A stretch of DNA of 40,562 bases from Verrucomicrobiales bacterium. Its GTDB lineage: Bacteria > Verrucomicrobiota > Verrucomicrobiia > Verrucomicrobiales > SLCJ01. Position 1 is the first letter of the stretch; each line of letters opens with the position of its first letter. The notes beneath the pieces are model-generated. The model ran no database searches, was not told where the DNA came from, and saw only the letters and a list, made by a program, of their open reading frames with translations. Made by a program: the position numbers and the translations under genes. This document shows positions 10,780-19,715 of this stretch, in pieces. The stretch covers positions 1-40,562 of the forward strand of contig JAGXGH010000005.1 in the NCBI GenBank assembly GCA_024636835.1, in the 5' to 3' direction.

Positions 10780-12279
10780 ATGCAGGACATTCTTCGCAGA
10801 TTCGCTATTGCTGCCGCCATAATCGCTGTGGCGACCGGGGCGATTTACATGCTCCACTTTAAGAGCGACAACTATTCCTTCTTCGATTTTATCAAGGGAG
10901 AGGCCCCGCCGCGCTTTGAAAGCGAGGCGTTTACACTCGCGCCGTTTCCTGCCATGCAGTCCTCGGATGTGCCGATACTCGATGCCTTGAATCAAGAAAT
11001 CGCAAAACTTACATCGGCTGTCACGCCTGCTGTGGTGTCGATTGAAACGTCGACTGAGATCAATTTGCCATCTTACGCTGGTGCGTTGAATCGCCCGCGA
11101 TACGGTGAGCTCGATCTCGGGTCTGGTGTGATTGTTTCTTCCGAAGGGCATGTCCTCACCAACTACCACGTTGTGAAAGGAAAAAGTCGGATTCGTGTAA
11201 AGCTCAGCGATGCCCAAGGACGCAGCGTGCTTTACCCGGCGATCATCATTGGCAGCACGCAGAACCTCGATATCGCGGTGTTGAAAATTCAATCCGAGCG
11301 CACTGACTTCACTGCGCTAAAATTGGGCGACTCCGATCGACTGAATGTTGGTGAGATGGTGTTTGCTATCGGTAACCCATACGGACTTCAGGAAACGGTG
11401 ACGCAGGGGAATATCTCCGCGCTCGACCGGAGGATTTCCGATGGCGGCCCGACTTATCTACAGACCAGTGCGCCGATCAACCCGGGCAACTCGGGTGGGC
11501 CTTTGGTGAACATTTACGGTGAGGTAATCGGGATCAATTCCATCGTTGTTCGTGGGACGGGCAAGCAAGCTGCACAGGGGATTGGGTTTGCCATCCCGGC
11601 GAACGACGCGTCGGTGGCGTTACAGGCGATTTTGGAAAAAGGCGCACCGGTTCTCGGATATGTCGGTTTGGCGTTTAGTGATATTCCTGCGGAGATTCGT
11701 GCCCGATACCCTGACGCGAAGGGTGTGTTTATTGACCAAGTGTTTGCCGGATCGCCTGCGGAGAAGGCGGGCATCCAAGCACACGATATGGCGATGACAT
11801 TCAATGGAGAAGAGATCCAATCAAAGCGCCAGCTTGCGCGTTTGATTCACCATACTGAGCCGGGGGCGAAGGTGGAGATTATCACGCGTCGGCGTGGTGA
11901 AGTGATGAAGTTCATGCTCGATGTCGAGAGCTTGGCAGACCAGGGGGTGGTCTCCGAAAGACCTGATGATGAGTCCTCGGAATTGCCGCAATCGGGGAGC
12001 AAGGTGGACAGGGATTTTTTGCGTCACTTCGGTGTGCAGGTTGGCCCCTTGTTTACTGGAAGCCCCAGCGGAGTGAAGGTTGAGAGCGTTCGTAAAGGGG
12101 GTAAAGCCGCGTTGCTTGTCCAGCCGGGTGACTTCATTACTGCGGTGAATGATACGGTGATCACCACTCCTGCAGAGTTCAACCGAGCGGTGCTTCGCGG
12201 GCGTGATCAGCAGATCATCGAGTTACGTATCATGCGCAGCGGAAGGTTGATCCGCGCAGTGATTGAGCCGCCGTTTTAG
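10780..12279 (+). CDS. htrA: HtrA/DegP family periplasmic serine protease (trypsin-like domain plus two PDZ domains)
   Basis: N-terminal TM/signal. Catalytic triad context: 'VLTNYHVV' (His), 'DIAVLKI' (Asp), 'GNSGGPLVN' (Ser). It is followed by two PDZ-like regions. Confidence 0.9.
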   Translation: MQDILRRFAIAAAIIAVATGAIYMLHFKSDNYSFFDFIKGEAPPRFESEAFTLAPFPAMQSSDVPILDALNQEIAKLTSAVTPAVVSIETSTEINLPSYAGALNRPRYGELDLGSGVIVSSEGHVLTNYHVVKGKSRIRVKLSDAQGRSVLYPAIIIGSTQNLDIAVLKIQSERTDFTALKLGDSDRLNVGEMVFAIGNPYGLQETVTQGNISALDRRISDGGPTYLQTSAPINPGNSGGPLVNIYGEVIGINSIVVRGTGKQAAQGIGFAIPANDASVALQAILEKGAPVLGYVGLAFSDIPAEIRARYPDAKGVFIDQVFAGSPAEKAGIQAHDMAMTFNGEEIQSKRQLARLIHHTEPGAKVEIITRRRGEVMKFMLDVESLADQGVVSERPDDESSELPQSGSKVDRDFLRHFGVQVGPLFTGSPSGVKVESVRKGGKAALLVQPGDFITAVNDTVITTPAEFNRAVLRGRDQQIIELRIMRSGRLIRAVIEPPF

Positions 12280-12308
12280 ATTGGGTGGAGAGGTTCCCTC
12301 CCGAGGAT

Positions 12309-14105
12309 TTAACGTTCGCCGAGAGAGAGTAAAAACCGTGCGGCTTCGAGGCGTGGGTTGCTGATTTCAATCCGCAGTTTGCCGTTGCCGATGCGCTGGT
12401 GGATGGCGTCGACAATCCCTTGGCGAACCAGGCGTGCTGCGCTAGCGATGCGCCTCGGGGCGCTGGCAAGATACATGGTGACCATAGCGATGGCGACGAC
12501 TGGCGCGATGCTGAGGAGGAGACTGGTGATCCAGAGGGATGATGGCGGCATTGGGAAGCGTTGCCACTGACCGGCGACGGATTCTTCCAAGCTTTGGAGA
12601 CCCTCGAAGTAGGCGCTGTAGAGGCTGATGAGTGGACCAAGCAGTAAGCCCCAGAATGCGAGCGTGGCCATCAGTCCGCCGAGCCAAAGGAAGGGGCTGG
12701 CGAGGCGTCGGGTGCGCACGGTGTCGCTGATCGTTTTGTGCGACTCGCTTTCTAGCGCCGCGATGCCGTGCACGCTGATGTTTCCGGCTGGGCTTTTACT
12801 GGCATGATTGGACTGGTTGGTGGTGCTTGCCAGTGCATCGCTGAAGGTGCGGAGGTCTTCCGCATAGGCGTCGCGCAGCAGGGTTTCGGTGCGATCGGTG
12901 AGGCGTGATGAAGTGGATTCAAGCCGTCCGGTCTCGCGGATATTTTTCACCGACTGGACCGCGGTCATGACCAGGGAAGGCACACTGCCAAAGGCGGCGA
13001 AGATGACTTTGTCCCACGCGCCGAGAGTCAGACCAAGAATTCCAAGCAGTGAGCGAAACGGGAAAAATAACATCGATGTGCGGTCGAGGGCATCACCGCG
13101 GAAGCGTGAACGCATCGCCGCGCGCAGCAGTGCTTCCTCGCCGACGAGGCCGTGTTCTACAATGTCTGGGAACGAGGTGGTGAGTTGCTCAAGCCTGTCC
13201 ACCGGCGCGCCGAGTCTGGCACGGAAGTCGCCCAACTCATCAGCGAGCTCACGCTGAGCGAAGGTAATTCGTTCGTTGAGTTGAATGTCGAGGCTCTGGT
13301 GGAGTGACGTGCTCTCGGATAAAAGTTTCGTTAGCGTCTCAGCGAGGTGAAGTCGTGCTGCTTCGCGTGCTGTTTGTTCGCCAGCGACTCCGGCATCAGG
13401 CAGGAAAATCGCCGGATAGAATTGTGAAGAGGGTGCGAGTTTCGCCCAACGGTCGATTTCATTTTGGCAGTCGCTGACGGTATTATTTGCAGGAGCTGCT
13501 TGACCATTCTCGGGGCGGAAACGAACCACCGGCACGATGATCGATCCATTCATCGATGCGACAAACTGCGCCAGTGAACCGTCGCGTATTTGACTCACCG
13601 AAGTGGCGAGCAGTTTTACTGGCGACGAGCTGAGAGCGACACTGGAAAGCGCGCCGAGTGTTGGGTCGTGGTCTGAGTATCCGGGCGAATCGGCGATCGC
13701 GTAGGGTGCTCCGAGGTCGAGTAGTGCACTCTCGGGAACTTGCACGAAACGTTCGCCGTGGTTCATGGCGGCGAATGGCTGTTTCGTGCCGACCCAGATT
13801 AGTTCGTGTGTTCGGTCGTCGGCATTTTGCCCTGATGGCAGCATGGCGCGGGTTTGATCAAACGCGGGCTCGTCACTGAGTATCGTACGTGCAAGCCAAC
13901 TCTTGCCTTCGCCGATTCGACCTACGATAGCGATAGTAGTGACGTCGGTGGATTGGCTGGCGCGGAGTCGGTCGCAGTCGCGCCGTAGCTCGGCGGTGAT
14001 TCTGTTGAGGCGGAGGGTGCTTCCGGAATCCTGTCCGAACAACAGCGCCGCGGATTGATCCACGCGGTCGGCGAGACTTGGGCTGAGTGTTGGAGTGGAT
14101 TCCAT
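12309..14105 (-). CDS. Dynamin-like P-loop GTPase with a C-terminal 2-TM membrane anchor (paralog B)
   Basis: 598 aa. G1 'IAIVGRIGEGKSWL' is dynamin-type (GxxxxGKS). G3 is 'IADSPGYSD' (DxPG). A helical middle region follows, then two strongly hydrophobic segments (LASPFLWLGGLMATLAFWGLLLGPLISLY and LWITSLLLSIAPVVAIAMVTMYL) and a roughly 75-aa tail. The ATG at 14105-14103 was verified. There are only 9 bp to the upstream paralog. Confidence 0.7.
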   Translation of the reverse strand: MESTPTLSPSLADRVDQSAALLFGQDSGSTLRLNRITAELRRDCDRLRASQSTDVTTIAIVGRIGEGKSWLARTILSDEPAFDQTRAMLPSGQNADDRTHELIWVGTKQPFAAMNHGERFVQVPESALLDLGAPYAIADSPGYSDHDPTLGALSSVALSSSPVKLLATSVSQIRDGSLAQFVASMNGSIIVPVVRFRPENGQAAPANNTVSDCQNEIDRWAKLAPSSQFYPAIFLPDAGVAGEQTAREAARLHLAETLTKLLSESTSLHQSLDIQLNERITFAQRELADELGDFRARLGAPVDRLEQLTTSFPDIVEHGLVGEEALLRAAMRSRFRGDALDRTSMLFFPFRSLLGILGLTLGAWDKVIFAAFGSVPSLVMTAVQSVKNIRETGRLESTSSRLTDRTETLLRDAYAEDLRTFSDALASTTNQSNHASKSPAGNISVHGIAALESESHKTISDTVRTRRLASPFLWLGGLMATLAFWGLLLGPLISLYSAYFEGLQSLEESVAGQWQRFPMPPSSLWITSLLLSIAPVVAIAMVTMYLASAPRRIASAARLVRQGIVDAIHQRIGNGKLRIEISNPRLEAARFLLSLGER

Positions 14106-14114
14106 GAGTGTAAT

Positions 14115-16199
14115 CTAGTGGCTGAAGTCGTCCGCTGACAATACGGATAAGGCGTCGGTTGGTCGCCACAGTCGGGCGTCGATCAAGGGGGTGACAGTAG
14201 CGGTTTTTACGAGTTCATCGCTGGGGGGGAGAGGAAACGTGGACTTTTTTCCCTGAGCGTCGGCGAAGGGGATCATCGGTGTTTTATTGTCGATGCTGCG
14301 AGGGAGTCCAAAGGCGTCGCAGGAAAATGCGAACAGACGCGATAGATAGGGCAGGGTGTTTTTGTCGATAAGCTCTTTTCGGAACCCGATGTAGGCAGCG
14401 CCCGCTCCGCCGAGAGCAACGGCGAGTGCGGTGCCACCATGGATGAAAGACGAAATCGCGGTGGCGGCATAGATCGTCGCGCCTCCGTCGACAGCCGCGG
14501 TGACGACTCCGCCGAGAGCTGCGGCGCTACCGAGTGCTCCGAGGATCGCACGGCTGCCGATGGTGAATTTTTTCCATCCGCCGAACCCCTTCCACATGGT
14601 CTTAGCCATTGCGTCGAGTGCTTGCTGGTCGAATTTCTCGATGGGGTTTTCACTGAAATTTTTGACGATGGTTCGCCAGGCCTCGAGGAGTTCTTCCTCT
14701 GGAATTCCGGCCGGACACCAGCGTTGGGCGTGCATTTCACGGGCGAGTGATTCGCTATTGGCGATTTTTAGCGAGCCAAAGTGCAAATGGTCGCGGACTT
14801 TACCTTCGATGTCGCTGAGCTTTCCTTTTAAGCTGAGTTTAGTGATCAAGTTCCTGCCTTGGGCGAGCGCACGGTCAAACGGTCTTGCGAGTTTCAGCGA
14901 TACGCGGAGTGGCAATGGTGCGGTGCGGATGAAGCTCTCGTTGAGCGCCGCAGCGAACTGCGATGATGGAATCTGCAAGGGTTCGCCAGTTGCGCGATCG
15001 GTCATCATGGCGACGCAAAACTCAAGTAGCCCGGCGTGTGTGGATGTGACTTTGGTCGTCGATAGTCGTAGCCATTCGTGTAGCGCGTGTCTGGCTTTGG
15101 TGATCAATTTCTCTAGCTCCGTGCGATGGTCATCGATCTTGATCTGCTGCAAATCGGCGATTTCGAGGTTGGCTGGTAGGGAGAGGAGATCAGACTTTGT
15201 CTCGACACCTTCGTCGAGCGGGTAGAATTGCGGTAGCTCATTACTATCCGCGTCGTAGTTTTCTTTAAAGCGTTTTACGAGGTGGTCGGGAGTAAGGTTG
15301 CGCCATCCGGGTCGTCCTTCGCGCCCCTCAATGGCAAAGTCGAAAGCACCATAAATATGATCGCGGGAGATCTGGAAGCGCTCGATGAGACGTGTGACAT
15401 CTGCGTCGTCGAGAGTCCTGGTAGGCTGGTCTTCCTCTGGTCGGATCATATTGATCAGCAGGAAAAGCGGAGCAGATGCCATCCGTTCGCGTAGGGCGGT
15501 GAGCATGGATTCAACGAGTCTGTCGCGGATGGCATCGCGACGCCAGACGAGGAGAAATGCAGAACAAACGCGTGCGGCGGCTGCAAGGAAGTCGAGTCGT
15601 GCGTTCGCGGTTCCGCTGTCGCTGTCGGCGTCTTGAGTTTGTACGTCCGGGCAGTCGAGTAGCGCGGCACCGATGTTATCGAGTGCGGGGTTGCCGGCGA
15701 TGAGTGGAATGGCGAGCTGGTCGAGATGGTCGCGTCCGCTGGCGTATTGTTGTGCGGCACGCGTTGGATCGTCGTCGAGAAATTCCACGCCACCGGAGTG
15801 AGCGGTGTCGAGTAGATCGAGCAGTGTGCGCTTTTTCGCAGGATCGTTGAGCCACGCTGATGGCACCCAATAGACAAAGCGATGGGTGCCCGTAGCGCTG
15901 GCCTCGCCACGGGGTACGCGTGCTCGCCCTGTGGCGCTGAGAAATGATGCGACGACGCTGGACTTACCGGCGTTGAGTTGGCCGGTCACGGCGATGATCG
16001 GTTGACCGAGCATCGCCTTCGCTGCGGCAAGGCTTTGCGCTGCCCTCCCAAGTTCCTTGGCGAGCGTTTCGTGCCCCGCTGCTTCCAGGGCGTGGAAAAG
16101 CTTCAGCGATACTCCGTCGTCGGGCCACATCGACTCAACGACGATTGGATCCATCGTTGAGTGTTGATCTGGTGGGGCGTTCGACATTGTGCATAGCAT
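14115..16199 (-). CDS. Dynamin-like P-loop GTPase with a C-terminal glycine-zipper membrane hairpin (paralog A). The start is uncertain: TTG at 16223, ATG at 16199, or ATG at 16187.
   Basis: About 690-702 aa. G1 'IIAVTGQLNAGKSSVVASFL' closely resembles the dynamin family 'GxxSxGKSSVLE'. The G3-like motif is 'LLDCPDV'. A long helical stalk is followed by a Gly/Ala-rich hydrophobic hairpin 'ILGALGSAAALGGVVTAAVDGGATIYAATAISSFIHGGTALAVALGGAGAAYIGF' and then a roughly 90-aa tail. Confidence 0.7.
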   Translation of the reverse strand: MLCTMSNAPPDQHSTMDPIVVESMWPDDGVSLKLFHALEAAGHETLAKELGRAAQSLAAAKAMLGQPIIAVTGQLNAGKSSVVASFLSATGRARVPRGEASATGTHRFVYWVPSAWLNDPAKKRTLLDLLDTAHSGGVEFLDDDPTRAAQQYASGRDHLDQLAIPLIAGNPALDNIGAALLDCPDVQTQDADSDSGTANARLDFLAAAARVCSAFLLVWRRDAIRDRLVESMLTALRERMASAPLFLLINMIRPEEDQPTRTLDDADVTRLIERFQISRDHIYGAFDFAIEGREGRPGWRNLTPDHLVKRFKENYDADSNELPQFYPLDEGVETKSDLLSLPANLEIADLQQIKIDDHRTELEKLITKARHALHEWLRLSTTKVTSTHAGLLEFCVAMMTDRATGEPLQIPSSQFAAALNESFIRTAPLPLRVSLKLARPFDRALAQGRNLITKLSLKGKLSDIEGKVRDHLHFGSLKIANSESLAREMHAQRWCPAGIPEEELLEAWRTIVKNFSENPIEKFDQQALDAMAKTMWKGFGGWKKFTIGSRAILGALGSAAALGGVVTAAVDGGATIYAATAISSFIHGGTALAVALGGAGAAYIGFRKELIDKNTLPYLSRLFAFSCDAFGLPRSIDNKTPMIPFADAQGKKSTFPLPPSDELVKTATVTPLIDARLWRPTDALSVLSADDFSH

Positions 16200-16313
16200 G
16201 CGTTCAGTGCGCCCGCCATGCAAGCGTCGAGCGTTGCTAGAAGAATGCGGAGATTGGTGACGATGGCGGAGCGTCTGCCCGGATTGTTGATCGAGGTGAT
16301 GAACTGAGGGGTA

Positions 16314-16913
16314 TCAGCGTTCGAGCAATTGCAAGGCCATCACGCGGATGGTTGCTGATTCTGCTGCGGCTGCGACGACAGGTCTGCCGACCGTTGGTGC
16401 CACTCCTGCGTCTGGTTGGCTGGTAAACACATACCACTCGCCGAGTTCCATCACCAGGTCGAAGCGTTTACGCATGGTACGAAACAGTGGCTGCGCGACC
16501 GAGGTGTCGCGGCCCTCGATGATCTTGAAGAGCTTGTAGCCAATGATCCCGCGAAATTCATACTCCCCGCTGATTTTAAAAAATCCATCGGCATCTGTGG
16601 CGATCACATTGCCAGTGCAACGTGTGCCGACTTCATGGTCCGACCATTCGACGACGGTTCCGTCGGTATCGATTTCCTTGACCGCGCGGACAGGTGACAT
16701 TTTGCCGAGCAAAAATTTGTCCTCCTTCACCGTGGTAACCCAGCGTGTTGCACCGGCGATTGAGCCGTTGTCGAGGGCGCTTGAGATGGCTGCATCACTG
16801 GTCTCTGTGCCATGGAGTGCGAATTCAAGTACCTCGACTTCAATTTCACCGAGGACGTCGGAGTAAGGCGTAACCGCGAGTAGCAGAATGGCTAAGAGAC
16901 GGACGGAATTCAT
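16314..16913 (-). CDS. Secreted hypothetical protein, about 200 aa. The track ORF extends to 17066, but the ATG at 16913 gives a clean signal peptide.
   Basis: 'MNSVRLLAILLLAVTPYSDVLGE' is a signal peptide. There are no recognisable motifs. It is on the same strand as, and immediately upstream of, the GTPase pair, with a 90-bp gap. Confidence 0.5.
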   Translation of the reverse strand: MNSVRLLAILLLAVTPYSDVLGEIEVEVLEFALHGTETSDAAISSALDNGSIAGATRWVTTVKEDKFLLGKMSPVRAVKEIDTDGTVVEWSDHEVGTRCTGNVIATDADGFFKISGEYEFRGIIGYKLFKIIEGRDTSVAQPLFRTMRKRFDLVMELGEWYVFTSQPDAGVAPTVGRPVVAAAAESATIRVMALQLLER

Positions 16914-16985
16914 TGCTGTAACGCTTCCCGTATCACGCGGCAGAGTCAATACCGAAGGGGTGTGATTTTTTTCGGTGGATGGGCA

Positions 16986-17123
16986 GCCGCAGGCTTTTGA
17001 GTGCGGCTGGTACTGCCGCTTTTGTTTTCTTTTGCGCGACGATGGAGCATGGTCAGGAAACACCAAGGCATGTCCGCCTTGCCGTGAAAGCGGTGATGCT
17101 CACCGCACTCAAAAGCCTGCGGC
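16986..17123. repeat. Perfect 20-21 bp inverted repeat CCGCAGGCTTTTGAGTGCGG (16987-17006 and 17103-17122) flanking 96 bp, with a nested 7-11 bp inner stem (GCCGCTTT / AAAGCGG). This forms a roughly 138-nt hairpin, MITE-like.
   Basis: Read directly from the sequence. The right arm is the exact reverse complement of the left arm. It lies in the intergenic region between the LysR stop (17161) and the start of the secreted-protein gene (16913). Confidence 0.7.
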
Positions 17124-17160
17124 AAAAATCAGACCCATACCGAAGTTCCGGCGCATCGTC

Positions 17161-18093
17161 TTACGACTTTTTCACTCCGAGGCGGGTTTGGAGGACGCCG
17201 ATGCCTTGGATAAAGGCTGCGACGACAGGGCGGCGCTTGGCGGCGGCGGTGGTGAGCAGATTGACGCTGACTTCGGGAAAATCTGGCAAAGCTACGGCGC
17301 TTAGGGTGTCAGGGCGGTCGTCGGCGAGCCCGCTGAGTGGGTCGCCATGGCTGCCGCCGCGTTCTTTTTTAGGAAGTCGTGGGACGGCGACGCTCAGGCC
17401 GATGCCGAACCCGCGCTCGACGAAAGCATCGATGGCGTTGAGCTGATGGACCTCGACGCCCGGATCCCATGGGAGCCCGCGGCGGTCCATTTCTTCGGCA
17501 AAGGTGTGCACCAAGGGTTCGTTCTTTGGCAGTGAAATCACCGGCTTGGTGGCGAGTAGTTCGTTCCAAGGGTCGTTCGCCCATTCTTGCGGGACGATGA
17601 GTTGCAGCGGGAGGTTGACGAGCGATTGGCAATCCACGCCGCGCACGGAGGTTTCGCCATGGGACGTGATCGCGACATCGAGATCGCCGGTCATGACCGC
17701 TTCGGCGAGTGCGGACCCGGAGCCGTCTCGCATCGACAATCGGAAGTCGGGGAAGGTTTGGCGGAGGGCGTCGAGCAGAGGTAGCAAGTAGGTGGAAAAC
17801 ACCACGCCGCTGGCTCCAACGCGTAGGCGGTCGCTGGAGAGTCCTCGTATTTCGTCTTTAAGGGCGTCGAGTTGGCCGAAAAACGGTGAGATAGCGACGA
17901 ATAGAGTGCGTCCGGCGTCGGTGAGGTCGAAGGGACGGCGGACGAAGAGCGGGGCGCCGAGTTCGTCTTCGAGCTGTTTAAGTTGGCTGCTGATGGCAGG
18001 TTGTTGGACGGAAAAGGGCATCCTGCCGACGGCGGCACTGATCCCTTGGTTGCGCGCGACGTGGTAAAATAGTTCCAGGTGATGGACGTTCAT
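17161..18093 (-). CDS. LysR-family transcriptional regulator
   Basis: The N-terminal HTH 'MNVHHLELFYHVARNQGISAAVGRMPFSVQQPAISSQLKQLEDELGAPLFVRR' is a canonical LysR motif. A substrate-binding domain follows. It is divergent from the aminotransferase gene, which is the classic LysR arrangement. The ATG at 18093-18091 was verified. Confidence 0.85.
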   Translation of the reverse strand: MNVHHLELFYHVARNQGISAAVGRMPFSVQQPAISSQLKQLEDELGAPLFVRRPFDLTDAGRTLFVAISPFFGQLDALKDEIRGLSSDRLRVGASGVVFSTYLLPLLDALRQTFPDFRLSMRDGSGSALAEAVMTGDLDVAITSHGETSVRGVDCQSLVNLPLQLIVPQEWANDPWNELLATKPVISLPKNEPLVHTFAEEMDRRGLPWDPGVEVHQLNAIDAFVERGFGIGLSVAVPRLPKKERGGSHGDPLSGLADDRPDTLSAVALPDFPEVSVNLLTTAAAKRRPVVAAFIQGIGVLQTRLGVKKS

Positions 18094-18306
18094 AGCGTGA
18101 CGAGCATGACGGCAGAAGGTAGCGACGGGCAATGGGAAAATCGTGGGGAGGAGACTGAATCTGTTGGTTCACAGAAGAATTGCTTTTGAACGACTTATCC
18201 GATGGGAAATCGCTTGCATCGCTGGGGAATCGGTCAACACTGAAATCTGCTGGGCTTCTGAAGTGTATCCGAAGCCTAAACTTTCACTCGAAATCTACCT
18301 ACCGAT

Positions 18307-19473
18307 ATGGATCTTACCGCCGAAAAACTCTCCGCCATTGCGCCATCCATGACGCTCTCAGTTACAAGCCGTGCCGCTGAAATGAAAGCTGCTGGCGAAG
18401 ATGTTTGCAGCTTCGGCGCAGGCGAGCCCGACTTTGACACGCCTGATCACATCAAGGCTGCATGTATCGCCGCCCTTGAGCAGGGCGCGACAAAATACAC
18501 GGCAGCAGCCGGTCTTCCAGCGCTTCGCCAAGAGATCGCGAACAAGCTCAAGGCCGACAACAACCTCGACTATGAAGTTAGTCAGATTTCCGTCAACTGC
18601 GGAGCCAAGCACTCACTCTTCAACGCCATCCTCGCGGTGTGCGACCCAGGTGATGAAGTGATCATCCCTGCTCCATACTGGACGAGCTATCCTGATATGG
18701 TTCGCGTTGCCGGCGCTGTGCCAGTGATCGTCGAGACCGATGAAAAGAGTGGATGGAAAATGACCGCTGAACAGTTCGAGGAGCACATGAGCCCACGGAC
18801 GAAGATGATTATCATCAATAGCCCCGGCAACCCGACCGGCGCTGTTTATACTCGCGAAGAGCTTGAGAAGATCGCGGAAGTTGCCACTTCCGAGGATATC
18901 GTCATTCTCTCCGATGAAATTTACGAGAAGCTTGTGTATGATGAGGTCAAGCACGTTTCCATCGCCGAGGTGAGCGAGGAAGCAAAAGCCCTCACCATCG
19001 TGGTGAACGGATTTTCCAAAGCCTATTCGATGACCGGATGGCGTCTTGGCTACACCGCCGCTCCTGCCGAGATCGCAGAGGCCATCACCAACGTCCAGAG
19101 CCACACCACCAGCGCTCCAACGACCTTCGCCCAGTATGGTGCGATTGCCGCATTGGTTGGTGATCAAGGGGCGCTGAGTGACATGCGTGAAGAATACGAC
19201 ATGCGTCGCCGTTACATGATGTCGCGTTTGAGCCGCATCCACAACGTCTCCACCATCGAGCCGCAGGGCGCGTTCTACTTCTTGGTCAACATCCGCAAGA
19301 TCGGCCTCAAGTCGGTGAACTTCGCAGACAAGCTTTTGAGCCGTTACAAGGTGGCGGTTGTGCCAGGCATTGCGTTCGGACACGATTATACCGTGCGCCT
19401 TTCCTACGCGACATCGCTCGACGTCATCAAAGAAGGTCTCGACCGCTTTGAAGATTTCTGCCGCTCTTACTAA
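18307..19473 (+). CDS. Class I/II PLP-dependent aminotransferase (aspartate aminotransferase-like)
   Basis: 'FGAGEPDFDTP', 'NSPGNPTGAVY', and 'NGFSKAYSMTGWRLGY' (the PLP-lysine region). 388 aa. Confidence 0.9.
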   Translation: MDLTAEKLSAIAPSMTLSVTSRAAEMKAAGEDVCSFGAGEPDFDTPDHIKAACIAALEQGATKYTAAAGLPALRQEIANKLKADNNLDYEVSQISVNCGAKHSLFNAILAVCDPGDEVIIPAPYWTSYPDMVRVAGAVPVIVETDEKSGWKMTAEQFEEHMSPRTKMIIINSPGNPTGAVYTREELEKIAEVATSEDIVILSDEIYEKLVYDEVKHVSIAEVSEEAKALTIVVNGFSKAYSMTGWRLGYTAAPAEIAEAITNVQSHTTSAPTTFAQYGAIAALVGDQGALSDMREEYDMRRRYMMSRLSRIHNVSTIEPQGAFYFLVNIRKIGLKSVNFADKLLSRYKVAVVPGIAFGHDYTVRLSYATSLDVIKEGLDRFEDFCRSY

Positions 19474-19492
19474 GCGAGATATAAAAATTTAA

Positions 19493-19527
19493 CGCCCTGT
19501 TGGATTCGTCCGGCAGGGCGTTTTTTT
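19493..19527 (+). terminator. Rho-independent terminator after the aminotransferase gene
   Basis: Stem CGCCCTG...CAGGGCG, followed by TTTTTTT at 19521-19527. Confidence 0.7.
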
Positions 19528-19595
19528 GTGGAGATTATTTCCGGAGCGGGTGTCTCCAGGCTCCTGCTAGTGGGATAAGGAGCTATTTGATGTCA

Positions 19596-19615
19596 GGCAT
19601 CTAGTAAGCTCTTTG
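19596..19615. repeat. Copy 1 (imperfect) of the ~21-bp hairpin palindrome family ACTAGATGTCAGGCATCTAGT
   Basis: tttGATGTCAGGCATCTAGT. The left arm has degenerated. Confidence 0.55.
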
Positions 19616-19694
19616 GTCGTTGTGTTTTGGATAGTGTTAGTTTTGAGTTACTTGTGACGATGAGGTTTTTTAGATAGCTCGCGCGGGAACGGCT

Positions 19695-19715
19695 ACTAGA
19701 TGTCTGGCATCAAGT
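19695..19715. repeat. Copy 2 of the palindrome family (ACTAGATGTCtGGCATCaAGT)
   Basis: Direct read; two mismatches against the consensus. Confidence 0.6.

Noticed and set aside
12280-12308. A possible bidirectional terminator in the 29-bp convergent gap between htrA and GTPase B
   Set aside because: Only a weak GGAGAGG/CCTCCC-type partial complement was seen, with no convincing stem or U-tract. It is too short to call.
14273-15910. Track ORFs 14273..14740(-), 14500..15225(+), 15455..15910(-) inside GTPase A
   Set aside because: These are overlapping alternative frames of the well-supported 700-aa GTPase gene. Their composition is S/R/P-rich.
16975-17446. Plus-strand track ORFs 16975..17304 and 16979..17446 spanning the inverted repeat
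   Set aside because: They lie across the hairpin element and antisense to the LysR gene, and they have Arg/Ala/Gly-rich junk composition.
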